Virus record (IMG/VR): IMGVR_UViG_3300027659_000015
Span: 41,722 to 105,721 of that record
Direction: 5' to 3' (one strand)
DNA length: 64,000 nucleotides
Origin: a virus
Positions within the stretch are counted from its first letter, which is position 1; each line of letters begins with the position of its first letter. The translations under genes and the position numbers were made by a program. Shown piece by piece: positions 10,340-21,308 of the stretch. A model generated the notes under the pieces. The model searched no databases and had not been told where the DNA came from. It worked only from the letters and a program-made list of their open reading frames with translations.

Positions 10340-11032
10340 ATGGGAAATGATAAGTATTTAAATCATTATGTTGAGATATTGACCAGTACAATGACTGATT
10401 GTGTTGTTCGAAATGTCTCAATGCAAGCGAATGCTAAAATAACTGATGAGGTTGTAAAAGAACAGACTGAACAGATTGTTGAGTTGGTAAAGTTAAATGA
10501 TGAACTAAAAGAAACAGTTCAACAATTAAAACAAACCAATTCTACAAATGAAAATAATGTCATAGAAGAGTTAAGGAATAAGTTGGTTGAATCTGAAAGT
10601 CTTGTTACAAAACATAGACAAGAATATGAAGAATTGAACAACAAGTTTCGTGATTATGATAGTGTTAAGAATCAAGCAATACACGTTGAAACTTTTAAAG
10701 GTGAATTGATTAGAGCCAGAGAAGAAACTAACCGAGTTCGAGTAGAACTTGAGAATGTAATCAACTCTACCAAGGCCGAAAATAATGGAAAAATTAATGG
10801 TATTACTGAACAGAATGAAAATTATGTTAAACAACTAATACAGTCACATGAAACCGAGAAAAGCAATCTAAACAATAAGATTGCAGAATTGGTTGAAAAA
10901 ATTGAATACTTACAACTACCTCCTGCCAAACGCAGAAAAATTGAAGAACAGCTTAATAAAGAAGTAGTATCAACGAACATAATAAGTTTAGTTGATACTG
11001 AAAGTGTACTCAAGGATGGTGGAACGTTTTAA
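10340..11032 (+). CDS. coiled-coil protein of unknown function
   Basis: Glu/Lys/Asn-rich heptads; SD AGGAG; ends KDGGTF. Confidence 0.7.
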   Translation: MGNDKYLNHYVEILTSTMTDCVVRNVSMQANAKITDEVVKEQTEQIVELVKLNDELKETVQQLKQTNSTNENNVIEELRNKLVESESLVTKHRQEYEELNNKFRDYDSVKNQAIHVETFKGELIRAREETNRVRVELENVINSTKAENNGKINGITEQNENYVKQLIQSHETEKSNLNNKIAELVEKIEYLQLPPAKRRKIEEQLNKEVVSTNIISLVDTESVLKDGGTF

Positions 11033-11036
11033 GTAA

Positions 11037-11510
11037 ATGTCAAACACAGCAATACAGTTAAAAAAATCAGGCGTAACAGGAAACACACCATCAGGTCTTG
11101 CATTTGGTGAGGTTGCTCTCAACTACGCCGATGGAAAACTGTATTATAAAAACAGTCTTGGTGGTAGTTCATATATTAGTAACCAATTCTCGTTTGATAC
11201 AATCAACTCAAACAACTCCCTAATACTTGCGGGAGGCATTTCAGACACTCTGTCTATTGCTGCTGGTAATAATATAACCATCAGTACTAATACCACCACA
11301 AAAACAATCACAATCAATGCTGTTGATTCTGTTACAGATGCGAGAGCATATGCACATGCCAATGCTGCGTATGCGTCTCAAAATACAACACTATCCTTTG
11401 CTACCGCAGCGTTTATTCAGGCTAATGCAGCCTTTGCCAAAGCAAATACGGGAACAACAGCTCTCGATGTGAACTCCGATATTGTTGCATTTACTATCGC
11501 ATTTAGTTGA
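11037..11510 (+). CDS. short fibre adaptor protein
   Basis: IQLKKS...GEVALNY.DGKLYYKN N-domain; ANAAF heptads; ends IVAFTIAFS. Confidence 0.65.
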   Translation: MSNTAIQLKKSGVTGNTPSGLAFGEVALNYADGKLYYKNSLGGSSYISNQFSFDTINSNNSLILAGGISDTLSIAAGNNITISTNTTTKTITINAVDSVTDARAYAHANAAYASQNTTLSFATAAFIQANAAFAKANTGTTALDVNSDIVAFTIAFS

Positions 11511-11541
11511 TGTAATAAATAGAAGATAATAGGAAATTCAA

Positions 11542-11868
11542 ATGGCAAATACATTTAAAAATCAAGTAAAGGCGGCAGTAGGAACATCACCACAGACCAT
11601 CTATACTACTGCTGTTGGTGTATCAACTACAATCATTGGTATGACGATTGCTAATCTACTGAACACAACAATAACGGCAAATGTAATTCTAAACTCTGGT
11701 GGTACAGACTATTACATGGTTAAAATGGCACCAATTGATCCAGGTAATTCTTTGATTACTATTGGTGGTGAACAAAAATTAGTAATGACAGCCAACGATG
11801 TACTTAAAGTTTCAACAAGTAATGCTTCATCAGCTGATGTTATTTTAAGTTTATTGGAATTAACATAG
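11542..11868 (+). CDS. small virion/fibre adaptor protein
   Basis: MANTFKN... ~110-aa beta protein, similar in layout to 29348..29704; late promoter AATAAATA at 11514-11521 and SD AGGA. Confidence 0.65.
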   Translation: MANTFKNQVKAAVGTSPQTIYTTAVGVSTTIIGMTIANLLNTTITANVILNSGGTDYYMVKMAPIDPGNSLITIGGEQKLVMTANDVLKVSTSNASSADVILSLLELT

Positions 11869-11869
11869 T

Positions 11870-12136
11870 ATGAAATTCGCATACATTGGTGACCAAGGAA
11901 ATAAAGAAATACGGATAGTTGGAACTACCGCCAACAGTTCTTTCCAAAAAGCCAATTCAGCAGCAGTTGCCGCACAAGCGGCCTTCAATCAGGCCAATGC
12001 TGCATATGCCTATGCAAATACCGGTGGTGCTGGTGGAACCACAATTAATAATTATCTTGGTTTTCCTTTCCTTGATTTAGGTTTCATTAGTGAACCTATA
12101 GAGAATCGAACAGTTGATTGTGGAACACTAGCATAA
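11870..12136 (+). CDS. small fibre linker protein
   Basis: ANAAY heptads; ends with LDLGFI and VDCGTL motifs. Confidence 0.55.
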   Translation: MKFAYIGDQGNKEIRIVGTTANSSFQKANSAAVAAQAAFNQANAAYAYANTGGAGGTTINNYLGFPFLDLGFISEPIENRTVDCGTLA

Positions 12137-12165
12137 ATATTAAATAATATACGGATTAACCATTC

Positions 12166-15100
12166 ATGTCTACACAGTTACAATTTAGAAGAGGTAATAC
12201 GACACAGACAAGTGCCTTCACGGGTGCTGTGGCCGAAATTACCGTCAACACGGACAATTATAGCATTGTTGTACATGATGGAAATACTCCTGGTGGTTTC
12301 CAGGTATCAACGGCAGCACAAGGTGCAGCTACTTTAAGTATCGCTACTGGTGCTTTCACCAAAGCCAATGCGGCTTTTGAAGCAGCCAATAATGTGGCAC
12401 CACAAATTGCACCGGCTTTTAATACTGCCAATTCGGCAGGTATCTATGCTAACGGTGCCTTTACACAAGCAAATGCTTCTTATGGTCAATCAAATTCTGC
12501 TGCATCATATGCCAACTCAGCATTCACGGCAGCCAATACTGCTGATAGTAAAGCAGTTACTTCTGGTTCATATGCTAATTCCGCTTTAACGGCAGCCAAT
12601 ACGGCAGAGTCAAAAGCGATAACAGCAGGATTATATGCCAACTCAGCTTTCACAGCAGCCAATACTGCTGATAGTAAAGCAGTAACAGCCGGCAGTTATG
12701 CCAACTCAGCGTTCAATACGGCTAATTCAGCATTTGATGTAGCTAATTCAGCAAGTATCTATGCTAACGGTTCTTTCAATCAAGCCAATGCTTCATATGG
12801 CCAAGCAAACTCTGCTTCGTCATATGCTAATGCTGCTTTCTCTACGGCAAATTCTAAATTTAATTCATCTGGCGGTACAATATCAGGTGACACACTCGTT
12901 GCTGGTAATCTAACTGTTACAGGTACAACATTCTATGCTAATACAGTAAACTTATTAGTAAAAGATAATATCATTACATTAAATTCTAATGTAACTGGTA
13001 CACCAACACAAGATTCTGGTATTGAAGTTAATCGTGGCAATCAAACAAACACAGCTTTGATATGGAGTGAATCTAAGAAATACTGGCAGTTCACTAATGA
13101 TGGTACGAACTATAGTAATATAGCTGCTTCATCAGCAGAATCATACGCTAACTCAGCATTCATTAAATCTAATTCATCATATGGTCAGGCCAATTCAGCA
13201 TCATTATATGCTAATGGAGCCTTTGAACAGGCTAATGCAGCATTTGCATCAGCTAATAATGTAGCACCACAAGTTGCACCAGCATTTAGTACTGCAAATT
13301 CGGCTGCCTTGTATGCTAATAGTGCATTTGTCCAGGCCAATGCTTCATATGAAAAGGCAAACTCAGCTGGCATTTATGCTAATGGTTCTTTCATACAATC
13401 AAATTCTTCTTTTGGTACTGCCAATTCTGCGGCAAGTTACGCTAACTCAGCCTTCTTAGCAGCCAACACAGCAGATAGTAAAGCAGTAACAGCTGGTAGT
13501 TATGCTAATTCATCTTTCTTGGCCGCAAATACTGCTGATTCCAAGGCAGTAACAGCAGGTTCGTATGCTAACTCATCTTTCTTAGCAGCAAATACGGCAG
13601 ATAGTAAAGCAATAAGTGCTGGCAGTTATGCTAACTCAGCATTTATAGCAGCCAATATAGCTGACAATAAGGCGGTAACGACAGGTATATACGCCAACTC
13701 AGCCTTCTTAGCAGCCAATACGGCAGATTCAAAGGCAGTAAATGCCGGATCATATGCTAACTCAGCCTTTACATCAGCTAATACAGCAGACAGCAAGGCA
13801 GTAACAGCAGGATTATATGCTAACTCAGCATTCACGGCAGCCAATACGGCAGATTCAAAGGCAGTAACAGCAGGTTCTTATGCTAACTCAGCCTTTACAG
13901 CAGCTAATACGGCAGATTCAAAGGCAGTAACAGCAGGTTCTTATGCTAACTCAGCATACACTCAGGCAAATACTGCCACCACTAATGCAGCAACTGCTGA
14001 TTCTAAAGCAGTAACATCAGGTAGTTATGCTAATTCAGCATTCACAGCAGCTAATACGGCAGATTCAAAGGCAGTAACAGCAGGTTCTTATGCTAACTCA
14101 GCCTTTACAGCAGCTAATACGGCTGATTCTAAAGCTGTTTCTGCTGGTACATATGCTAACTCTGCATATGCTCGTGCTAATAATAGTATCAATGCAAATA
14201 CTGGTGGTACAATTACCGCAGATTTGATTATTACTGGTAACTTAACAGTTCAAGGTAATACGACTTATGTTAATACACAAACAATCGCCACACAAGACTC
14301 GTTAATTCGTCTTGCTAATAATAATACTATTGGTGATACAGTTGATATTGGTATTTACGGTGCATATAATCCTGGTGGTGGTGTAAAGTATACCGGTCTT
14401 GTTAGACAAGCTGGTGCAAATTATTTCTTATTTCAAAATTTAACTACTGACCCAACCGCAAACGTATTATCTCCGGGGTCATTGACTGCTGCTAACACAG
14501 GCACATTGACTGCCAATTTAACATCGTATGCTGTTTCAATTAATGGTATTGATGTTGAAACAAATCAAACTAGAATTTTTACACAAGCAAATTCAGCATT
14601 TGCAACTGCTAATTCTGCTGGTGTTTATGCCAACTCTGCCTTTACTGCAGCTAATATATCAGACTCTAAGGCAGTTACGGCTGGCAATTATGCCAACTCG
14701 GCATTCACGGCAGCCAATACTGCTGATAGTAAAGCAGTTTCTGCTGGTTCATATGCCAACTCAGGATATATTCAAGCAAATACGGCTACTACCAATGCAG
14801 CAACGGCTGATAGCAAAGCAGTAACAGCTGGTTCATATGCCAATTCAGCATTTGGTGTTGCTAATACTGCTGTAAGCAATGCAGCTGGTGCTTCTCTGTA
14901 TGCTAATGGCGCTTTCAGTCAAGCAAATGCCGCTTACGCAGCAGCTAATGCAGCAGGATCTAGTGCAACAGTTGTTGCTGCCTTCATACAAGCAAACTCG
15001 GCATTTGGTACGGCAAACTCAGCAGCACTCTATGCTAATGCTGCGTTCTTAGCAGCCAACAATTCTTCAGATTCTTGGGTTAGAGGTCAAGCAAATGCGG

Positions 15101-16146
15101 CCTTCATACAAGCCAATGCAGCATTCGCAGTAGCCAATTCTGGTTCAGGATCAGCATCATCTGGTGTGTATGCTAACGGTGCTTTTGCTCAAGCCAATGC
15201 AGCATTCAATAAGGCAAATACACTTACAACTACCGGTTATGTTGATGCGTTTACCGCTGATGGTGCCAACAGTAGTTTCGTATTGTCAACGATACCGGCT
15301 AATAAGAATGTAACCTTTGTTGCTGTACAAGGTGTCTTACAACCTAAATCAACATACAGTTTAACTGGTTCTACATTAACATTTGATTCGATTCCACCCA
15401 ATACTGCTATTATTGAAGTTACAACTCTAGTAACAACTGGTGGTAGTAATGCTGGTGGTGCAGGAAATATAACATACAGAAGTTATACAGGTAATAATAC
15501 AACATCAAGTTTTACCGTAACTTCTGGTATGACCGCCAACACAATATTCGTGGCAGAAAACGGTATTCTACAAAGACCAGGTACAGATTATACAGTATCA
15601 GGTACAACTCTAACATTCAATACAACTCCAGCTACTGATGTTGATATTCAAGTCCGTGAATTGTCATTAGGTGGTGATCCAAGTTTTGCTTTTGATGCAG
15701 CTAACTCAGCAGGATTATATGCTAACGCTGCCTTCTTAGCAGCCAATAATGCTTCCGATTCATGGGTCAGAAATCAGGCGAATGCTGCATTTGGTACGGC
15801 TAACTCAGCAGCATCGTATGCTAACTCAGCATTTGCAGCAGCTAATACATCTTCAATTACATGGTCTATTGTAAATACAAACAGTACAATGGCAGCGAGA
15901 CAAGGTTATTTTGTTGATACAACAACTGCTCCTATAACAATGACACTACCAACAAGTGCAACACTAGGTGATACTATTCGTATCAATGATTTGGCGGGAA
16001 CATTTAGTGCAAATAATTTAACAGTAGCAAGAAATGGTCATAAGATTCAAGGTATTGCTAACGATTTATTAGTGAACGTAAACCAAAGTAGTTTTGGTTT
16101 GGTATACAGTAACAGTACATACGGCTGGAAGGTAATAGAACTATAA
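12166..16146 (+). CDS. long tail fibre, Mtd_N-like N-terminus, extensive 21-aa Ala/Asn repeats
   Basis: LQFRRG...FTGA.AEITV.TD...VVHDG.TPGG (major tropism determinant N-terminal-like); GSYANSAFTAANTADSKAVTA repeats; C-terminal GYFVDT...TLP....GDTI...D....F..NNLTV.RNG.KIQG domain; promoter CATAAATA 12132-12139. Confidence 0.8.
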   Translation: MSTQLQFRRGNTTQTSAFTGAVAEITVNTDNYSIVVHDGNTPGGFQVSTAAQGAATLSIATGAFTKANAAFEAANNVAPQIAPAFNTANSAGIYANGAFTQANASYGQSNSAASYANSAFTAANTADSKAVTSGSYANSALTAANTAESKAITAGLYANSAFTAANTADSKAVTAGSYANSAFNTANSAFDVANSASIYANGSFNQANASYGQANSASSYANAAFSTANSKFNSSGGTISGDTLVAGNLTVTGTTFYANTVNLLVKDNIITLNSNVTGTPTQDSGIEVNRGNQTNTALIWSESKKYWQFTNDGTNYSNIAASSAESYANSAFIKSNSSYGQANSASLYANGAFEQANAAFASANNVAPQVAPAFSTANSAALYANSAFVQANASYEKANSAGIYANGSFIQSNSSFGTANSAASYANSAFLAANTADSKAVTAGSYANSSFLAANTADSKAVTAGSYANSSFLAANTADSKAISAGSYANSAFIAANIADNKAVTTGIYANSAFLAANTADSKAVNAGSYANSAFTSANTADSKAVTAGLYANSAFTAANTADSKAVTAGSYANSAFTAANTADSKAVTAGSYANSAYTQANTATTNAATADSKAVTSGSYANSAFTAANTADSKAVTAGSYANSAFTAANTADSKAVSAGTYANSAYARANNSINANTGGTITADLIITGNLTVQGNTTYVNTQTIATQDSLIRLANNNTIGDTVDIGIYGAYNPGGGVKYTGLVRQAGANYFLFQNLTTDPTANVLSPGSLTAANTGTLTANLTSYAVSINGIDVETNQTRIFTQANSAFATANSAGVYANSAFTAANISDSKAVTAGNYANSAFTAANTADSKAVSAGSYANSGYIQANTATTNAATADSKAVTAGSYANSAFGVANTAVSNAAGASLYANGAFSQANAAYAAANAAGSSATVVAAFIQANSAFGTANSAALYANAAFLAANNSSDSWVRGQANAAFIQANAAFAVANSGSGSASSGVYANGAFAQANAAFNKANTLTTTGYVDAFTADGANSSFVLSTIPANKNVTFVAVQGVLQPKSTYSLTGSTLTFDSIPPNTAIIEVTTLVTTGGSNAGGAGNITYRSYTGNNTTSSFTVTSGMTANTIFVAENGILQRPGTDYTVSGTTLTFNTTPATDVDIQVRELSLGGDPSFAFDAANSAGLYANAAFLAANNASDSWVRNQANAAFGTANSAASYANSAFAAANTSSITWSIVNTNSTMAARQGYFVDTTTAPITMTLPTSATLGDTIRINDLAGTFSANNLTVARNGHKIQGIANDLLVNVNQSSFGLVYSNSTYGWKVIEL
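13430..14170 (+). repeat. degenerate 63-bp (21-aa) coding tandem repeat array
   Basis: About 11 copies encoding GSYANSAF(T/L)AANTADSKAVTA, with synonymous variation. Confidence 0.85.
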
Positions 16147-19100
16147 TGGCAACGACAAATTTAACGAATTTAAAAGCAAATGCTTTTACTGATGTTGTAA
16201 GTACAATTGTAAATACAACTAGTATTATATCTACAACTCCAAAAGTTACAAGTATAACTTATCCAGGAAATGATACTGCGGCTAATACAGGTGGTGGACA
16301 AACAATTACATTAACTGGAACAGGATTTAGTTCAGGTGCTTCGATTCTTATCAATGCTACATATGCTGGTGTTGTAACAGTAGTCAGTAATACAACTATA
16401 ACATTCACTTCACCAGCACAAAATGCTGGTACTTACACACTATATGTTATTAATTCTGATGGTGGTACAGCCATTTCTATTCCTGGTATTAGTTATAGTG
16501 GAACACCAACATGGACAACTGCGGCTGGTACTTTAGGAACAAGTTACGAAACTGCTGCAATCAGTAACAGTTTGACTGCAACTGGTGATCCAACAATCAG
16601 TTATAGTTTATATTCAGGTACATTACCACCAGGAAGTTCATTGAATTCTTCAACTGGTTTATTATCTGGAACATCACAAGCAACAGCTAGTTCCACAACT
16701 TATAACTTCACAATTCGTGCTACTGATGGACAGAATCAGGACACAGATAGAGCATTTAGTATTACCATAAGTCCAGATGTTGTAAGTTGGAGTTCTCCTG
16801 CGGATAATTCCAGCACTTCTGTGTATGAATATGCTACAATAACACCAGTCACACTAGCCGCTTCTAGTGCAGCAGGTAAATCTATTACATATACAGCGAA
16901 TACTTTACCAACAGGTTTGACGATAAGTGGTAATACAATTTCTGGAACACCGACTGTAGTTGCTAATACGTTTACACAAGTTACTGCTAATTCAGCAAAC
17001 ACTTTCAGAACAGCCACTAAAAATATTAGTTTCATTGTTAATCCGGATGTAGTCACTTGGAGTTCACCTGCTGACGGTACAAGTACCTCTTTGTTTGCAG
17101 ATACAGCAATGTCAAATGTTACATTGAGTGCAGCTTCTGCGGCAGGTAAATCAATCACATATAGTGCGAATACTTTACCAACCGGAGTTACTATTACTGG
17201 TGCGGTAGTTAATGGAACACCAACTGTTCCTGGAACAACTAATAGTTTGATTACAGCAACAGCTGCAACGACAAATAGAACTGCTACAAGAAACTTTACA
17301 TGGGTAGTTAGTGTTGCTAACGATACTTACTTTAAATATACCACCTTGTTATTGAACGGTGAAACAACTTCTAATTCATTCATTGCTGATGCAAGTACAA
17401 ATAGTTTTGGATCAAATATTAATGGTGATACAAAACCTGTGTTGTTTAATCCATATCAAGGCGATGGGTATTATAGTAATTACTTTGATGGTACCGGGGA
17501 TTATCTATCGCTATCGTCTGCTATAGTGCCGGCTACTGGTAATTTCACTATTGAATTTTGGATTTATAGCTTGACCAATGCAGGCTCAGCCCAACGTGCA
17601 GTTTATGCTCAGTATTCAGGTGGCACGAGCGGACGATTTATGTTTGGTCTAGACCAAAGTTCCTCTTCTAGAATTTGGCTACATTATAATGGTACCGACT
17701 ACGTTGGAACGACCAATGGCATACTTCCTAATACTTGGACGCATCTTGCTTTAGTAAGAAACGGAGATGTATTCAATATGTATGTGAATGGTGCACTGAA
17801 CGCTACTAACACTTTTGCAGGCGCATCATTACAACAAATTGCTGGCAACATTGGTGGTATGGGTGGCAGTTTTAATGTTAATGCACAAGTTAGCAACTTA
17901 CGAATTGTAGTCGGCACCGCAGTCTACACCGCTGCATTCACTCCAAGCACAACACCATTAACAGCGATAGCAAACACAAGTTTATTAACATGCCAAAGTA
18001 ATAGATTTATTGATAACTCAACTAACAATTTTGCAATCACTAAAGTAGGTGATACAACAATATCACCCAACATACCATTCACTGCAAACGCTAGTTACAG
18101 CACTTATGGTAGCACATACTTTGATGGTACTGGGGATTATTTAAGTATAGCAAGCAATAGTGCATTTGCTTTTGGAACAGGTGATTTTACTGTTGAAGGA
18201 TGGTATTATTCAACTGCCGGAAATGGAAGATTTACTTTATATGATTCTGGTTCAGGTGGCGGAAACGGACAATTTTCTATATTCCAAGATAGTGCTTCTG
18301 GTTTTTATGTACGCATGGGAGGTGATATAACGTATGCATCTCCTCCAGGAAATAATCAATGGGTTCATTTTGCTGTAACAAGATCCGGTACAACTGTAAG
18401 ATTATTTTTTAATGGAATATTGGCTGTTAGCGGAACTCAATCTACTAATATAACAAACAATACACCGTACATTGGTTTATTAAATGGATATGGTTATCCA
18501 ATGAATGGTTATATTTCTGATTTGAGAGTAGTTAAAGGTACCGCAGTATACACAACAACCTTTACACCACCTACATCACCACTAACAGCAATAGCAAACA
18601 CAAGTTTACTAACACTACAATACAACGGTGGCGCAACTAATCAAGGTATTATAGACAACAGTAATTTCAACAATATTATCACACGTAATGGTAACACAAG
18701 TCAAGGCACATTTAGTCCTTATAGTGTGACAGGTTGGAGTAATTACTTTGATGGTACAGGCGACTATATTAATGCAGGTTCGGGTGCATCGGTAAATATG
18801 ACTGGTGATTTCACAGTTGAAATGTGGATATATGGTACTAATACAAGTTGGACTGGCGGAGATGTAATTGGCGCCACTTGTTTGGTGGACACAAGAGACC
18901 AATCAAACGCTACAGAAAATAATCGACTTGCACTTTCCATGAACAGTACTGGATCATATCCTAGTTTCTATAATGCGGGAACAAATGTATCAACCGCTTC
19001 AACTATTCCAGCTAATGTTGGTGTGTGGAATCATATTGCTTATTCACGCAGTGGTTCTACTATAAAGATTTTTGTAAATGGTGTTCAAGGCGCTAGTTTT

Positions 19101-21260
19101 ACGGATAGTACAGCATTCACGGCTGTAAGATGGGTTATTGGTATGTATGCATCTCAATCAGGTGGTACTAATAATAGAGGTGGATTTATAGGTTATATTT
19201 CCAACCATCGTATAATTAATGGTACTGCACTTTATACAACAGCATTTACCCCACCCACATCACCGTTAACTGCAATATCTGGTACAAGTTTATTAACTTG
19301 CCAATCAAATAGATTTATTGATAAATCAACTAATAATCTTACACTTACTAAAGCAGGTGATGTTTCAGTTCAAGCCTTTGGTCCATTCGGTGGTATAAGT
19401 GAAGCAGTGCCAATAAGTTATAGTAACTACTTTGATGGTACTGGGGATTATTTAACTGTACCGGACAATGTTGTCTTACAATTAGGATCTGGTGATTTCA
19501 CTGTCGAATTTTGGATTAATTATAATTCTATTACGGGATATCAGTCACCTTTCACTAAAGGTTACACCGCCGCAGGTGATATCTTGCTTCAAACAGGTAA
19601 CGGTAACGGAGCACTCATAGTTTATCTGAGTGGATCAGTAGTCATCACAGAATCTACCGGAGCAAGTATCGGGACGTGGTATCACTATGCATTGGTACGA
19701 AGCGGAACAACAGTAACATTATATCGTGATGGAGTGTCACGTGGGACTGCAACCAGTTCAGTCAACTTTAACACTACAAATCAATTAGGCATAGGTGCAA
19801 CAGGCAAAGCACCAGGTGGCGGAGCAATTGGTGATTTCACAATCAACGGATACATGAGTAATTTTCGTGTAGTCAAAGGTACCGCAGTATACACAACGGC
19901 ATTCACACCAAGTACAACTCCATTAACAGCGATAGCAAATACAAGTTTATTAACCTGTCAATCAACTAGAATGATTGATAATAGTACTAATGCATTTACA
20001 ATAACTGCTGCCGGCAATGTTGTGCCAAGAATATTCAACCCATTCGGATACACCGCACAGAGTGCAACAAGTTATACCCCAAGTTTGCATGGTGGTAGTG
20101 CATACTTTGATGGTACTGGGGATTATTTAAATATACCATACTCACCATCATTTAATTTTGGGACAGGAAACTTTACTGTTGAAGGATGGATTTATTTAAA
20201 CTCACTGGCTTCTAGTTATTATGTAATGGCCGGTACATACACTACAGGAACTACAGACGAATGGCTAATTCAAATTTCTAACGGAAACACGATTAGATTT
20301 TTGACTTCTGTGGGAACTTCTTTTTATTCCGCAACAATAACAACTAGCACTTGGTATCACATTGCCGCTGTTCGAAATGGGTCAACAATAACTTTATATG
20401 TAAATGGTACGAGCGTTGGTAGTTATACCAACTCCAATTCAATTGGTTCTGTATCTAAAGTTTTATACATTGGTGTTCAAAACATCAGCACTTGGCCAAT
20501 GAATGGTTACATAGACGACCTAAGAATAACTAATGGTACGGCAATATACACCAGTAACTTTGTACCACCTACAACACCATTGACAAACTACTCTACAGCT
20601 TATCCTGCAAGTCTATTGTTGAATTTCAATAACGGTGGTATAATAGACCAACATTCTACAAATGTATTAGAGACGGTGAGTAATGCACAGTTAAGCACTG
20701 CGGTTAAGAAGTATGGTAACGCTAGTATGTATTTTGATGGTACCGGGGATTACCTTTATGGGTCTCCAAACCAGACTTTTAATTTATCAGTAGGTGATTT
20801 TACAGTAGAACTTTGGGTATATTTTACCGGCTCTAATAACAGTAGAGGAATATGGGCAGTTGGTAATGCAAGTAGAAGTGGTGTATGTCTTAATATAAGC
20901 GCTACCGGTCGCATTCAAAGTGTGTATGGTGACGGTGTGAACTGTACTTACACAGACGGCACGACTGTTGTACAATTGAATACATGGAATCATATTGCTC
21001 TTTCTAGAGCTGGGTCTACTAATAGGATGTATCTTAATGGTGTTTTGGAAAATACATTTACATCATCTAATTTTGGAGCCGGATCATATTCGGGTTATGT
21101 TGGAGATGGTTGGGGAATAAGTTCTGGTAATTTAGTCTTTATGTCTGCTGCGGCCTCAGGACCAATTTTAGGATATATAGATGACTTCAGAATCACTAAA
21201 GGATACGCCCGTTACACAAGTAACTTCACCGCCCCAACAAGTGCGTTGATAACCAAGTAA
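16146..21260 (+). CDS. large adhesin: IPT/Ig-like N-terminal domains plus six LamG/concanavalin-like domains (paralog A)
   Basis: GGQTITLTGTGF..G, G.LP.G.SL...TG.LSGT Ig repeats; six YFDGTGDY...FT(I/V)E.W...W.H.A..R.G...Y.NG...GY...R modules. Confidence 0.85.
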   Translation: MATTNLTNLKANAFTDVVSTIVNTTSIISTTPKVTSITYPGNDTAANTGGGQTITLTGTGFSSGASILINATYAGVVTVVSNTTITFTSPAQNAGTYTLYVINSDGGTAISIPGISYSGTPTWTTAAGTLGTSYETAAISNSLTATGDPTISYSLYSGTLPPGSSLNSSTGLLSGTSQATASSTTYNFTIRATDGQNQDTDRAFSITISPDVVSWSSPADNSSTSVYEYATITPVTLAASSAAGKSITYTANTLPTGLTISGNTISGTPTVVANTFTQVTANSANTFRTATKNISFIVNPDVVTWSSPADGTSTSLFADTAMSNVTLSAASAAGKSITYSANTLPTGVTITGAVVNGTPTVPGTTNSLITATAATTNRTATRNFTWVVSVANDTYFKYTTLLLNGETTSNSFIADASTNSFGSNINGDTKPVLFNPYQGDGYYSNYFDGTGDYLSLSSAIVPATGNFTIEFWIYSLTNAGSAQRAVYAQYSGGTSGRFMFGLDQSSSSRIWLHYNGTDYVGTTNGILPNTWTHLALVRNGDVFNMYVNGALNATNTFAGASLQQIAGNIGGMGGSFNVNAQVSNLRIVVGTAVYTAAFTPSTTPLTAIANTSLLTCQSNRFIDNSTNNFAITKVGDTTISPNIPFTANASYSTYGSTYFDGTGDYLSIASNSAFAFGTGDFTVEGWYYSTAGNGRFTLYDSGSGGGNGQFSIFQDSASGFYVRMGGDITYASPPGNNQWVHFAVTRSGTTVRLFFNGILAVSGTQSTNITNNTPYIGLLNGYGYPMNGYISDLRVVKGTAVYTTTFTPPTSPLTAIANTSLLTLQYNGGATNQGIIDNSNFNNIITRNGNTSQGTFSPYSVTGWSNYFDGTGDYINAGSGASVNMTGDFTVEMWIYGTNTSWTGGDVIGATCLVDTRDQSNATENNRLALSMNSTGSYPSFYNAGTNVSTASTIPANVGVWNHIAYSRSGSTIKIFVNGVQGASFTDSTAFTAVRWVIGMYASQSGGTNNRGGFIGYISNHRIINGTALYTTAFTPPTSPLTAISGTSLLTCQSNRFIDKSTNNLTLTKAGDVSVQAFGPFGGISEAVPISYSNYFDGTGDYLTVPDNVVLQLGSGDFTVEFWINYNSITGYQSPFTKGYTAAGDILLQTGNGNGALIVYLSGSVVITESTGASIGTWYHYALVRSGTTVTLYRDGVSRGTATSSVNFNTTNQLGIGATGKAPGGGAIGDFTINGYMSNFRVVKGTAVYTTAFTPSTTPLTAIANTSLLTCQSTRMIDNSTNAFTITAAGNVVPRIFNPFGYTAQSATSYTPSLHGGSAYFDGTGDYLNIPYSPSFNFGTGNFTVEGWIYLNSLASSYYVMAGTYTTGTTDEWLIQISNGNTIRFLTSVGTSFYSATITTSTWYHIAAVRNGSTITLYVNGTSVGSYTNSNSIGSVSKVLYIGVQNISTWPMNGYIDDLRITNGTAIYTSNFVPPTTPLTNYSTAYPASLLLNFNNGGIIDQHSTNVLETVSNAQLSTAVKKYGNASMYFDGTGDYLYGSPNQTFNLSVGDFTVELWVYFTGSNNSRGIWAVGNASRSGVCLNISATGRIQSVYGDGVNCTYTDGTTVVQLNTWNHIALSRAGSTNRMYLNGVLENTFTSSNFGAGSYSGYVGDGWGISSGNLVFMSAAASGPILGYIDDFRITKGYARYTSNFTAPTSALITK

Positions 21261-21278
21261 TACATCTATCATAAATAT
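21189..21278 (+). repeat. 90-bp exact direct repeat, copy 1 (3' end of LamG gene A plus downstream late promoter)
   Basis: agaatcactaaaggatacgcccg...catctatcataaatat, identical to 26487-26576. Confidence 0.95.
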
Positions 21279-21308
21279 CCAGTATCAAACTAAAAAGAAA
21301 AATGTGAT

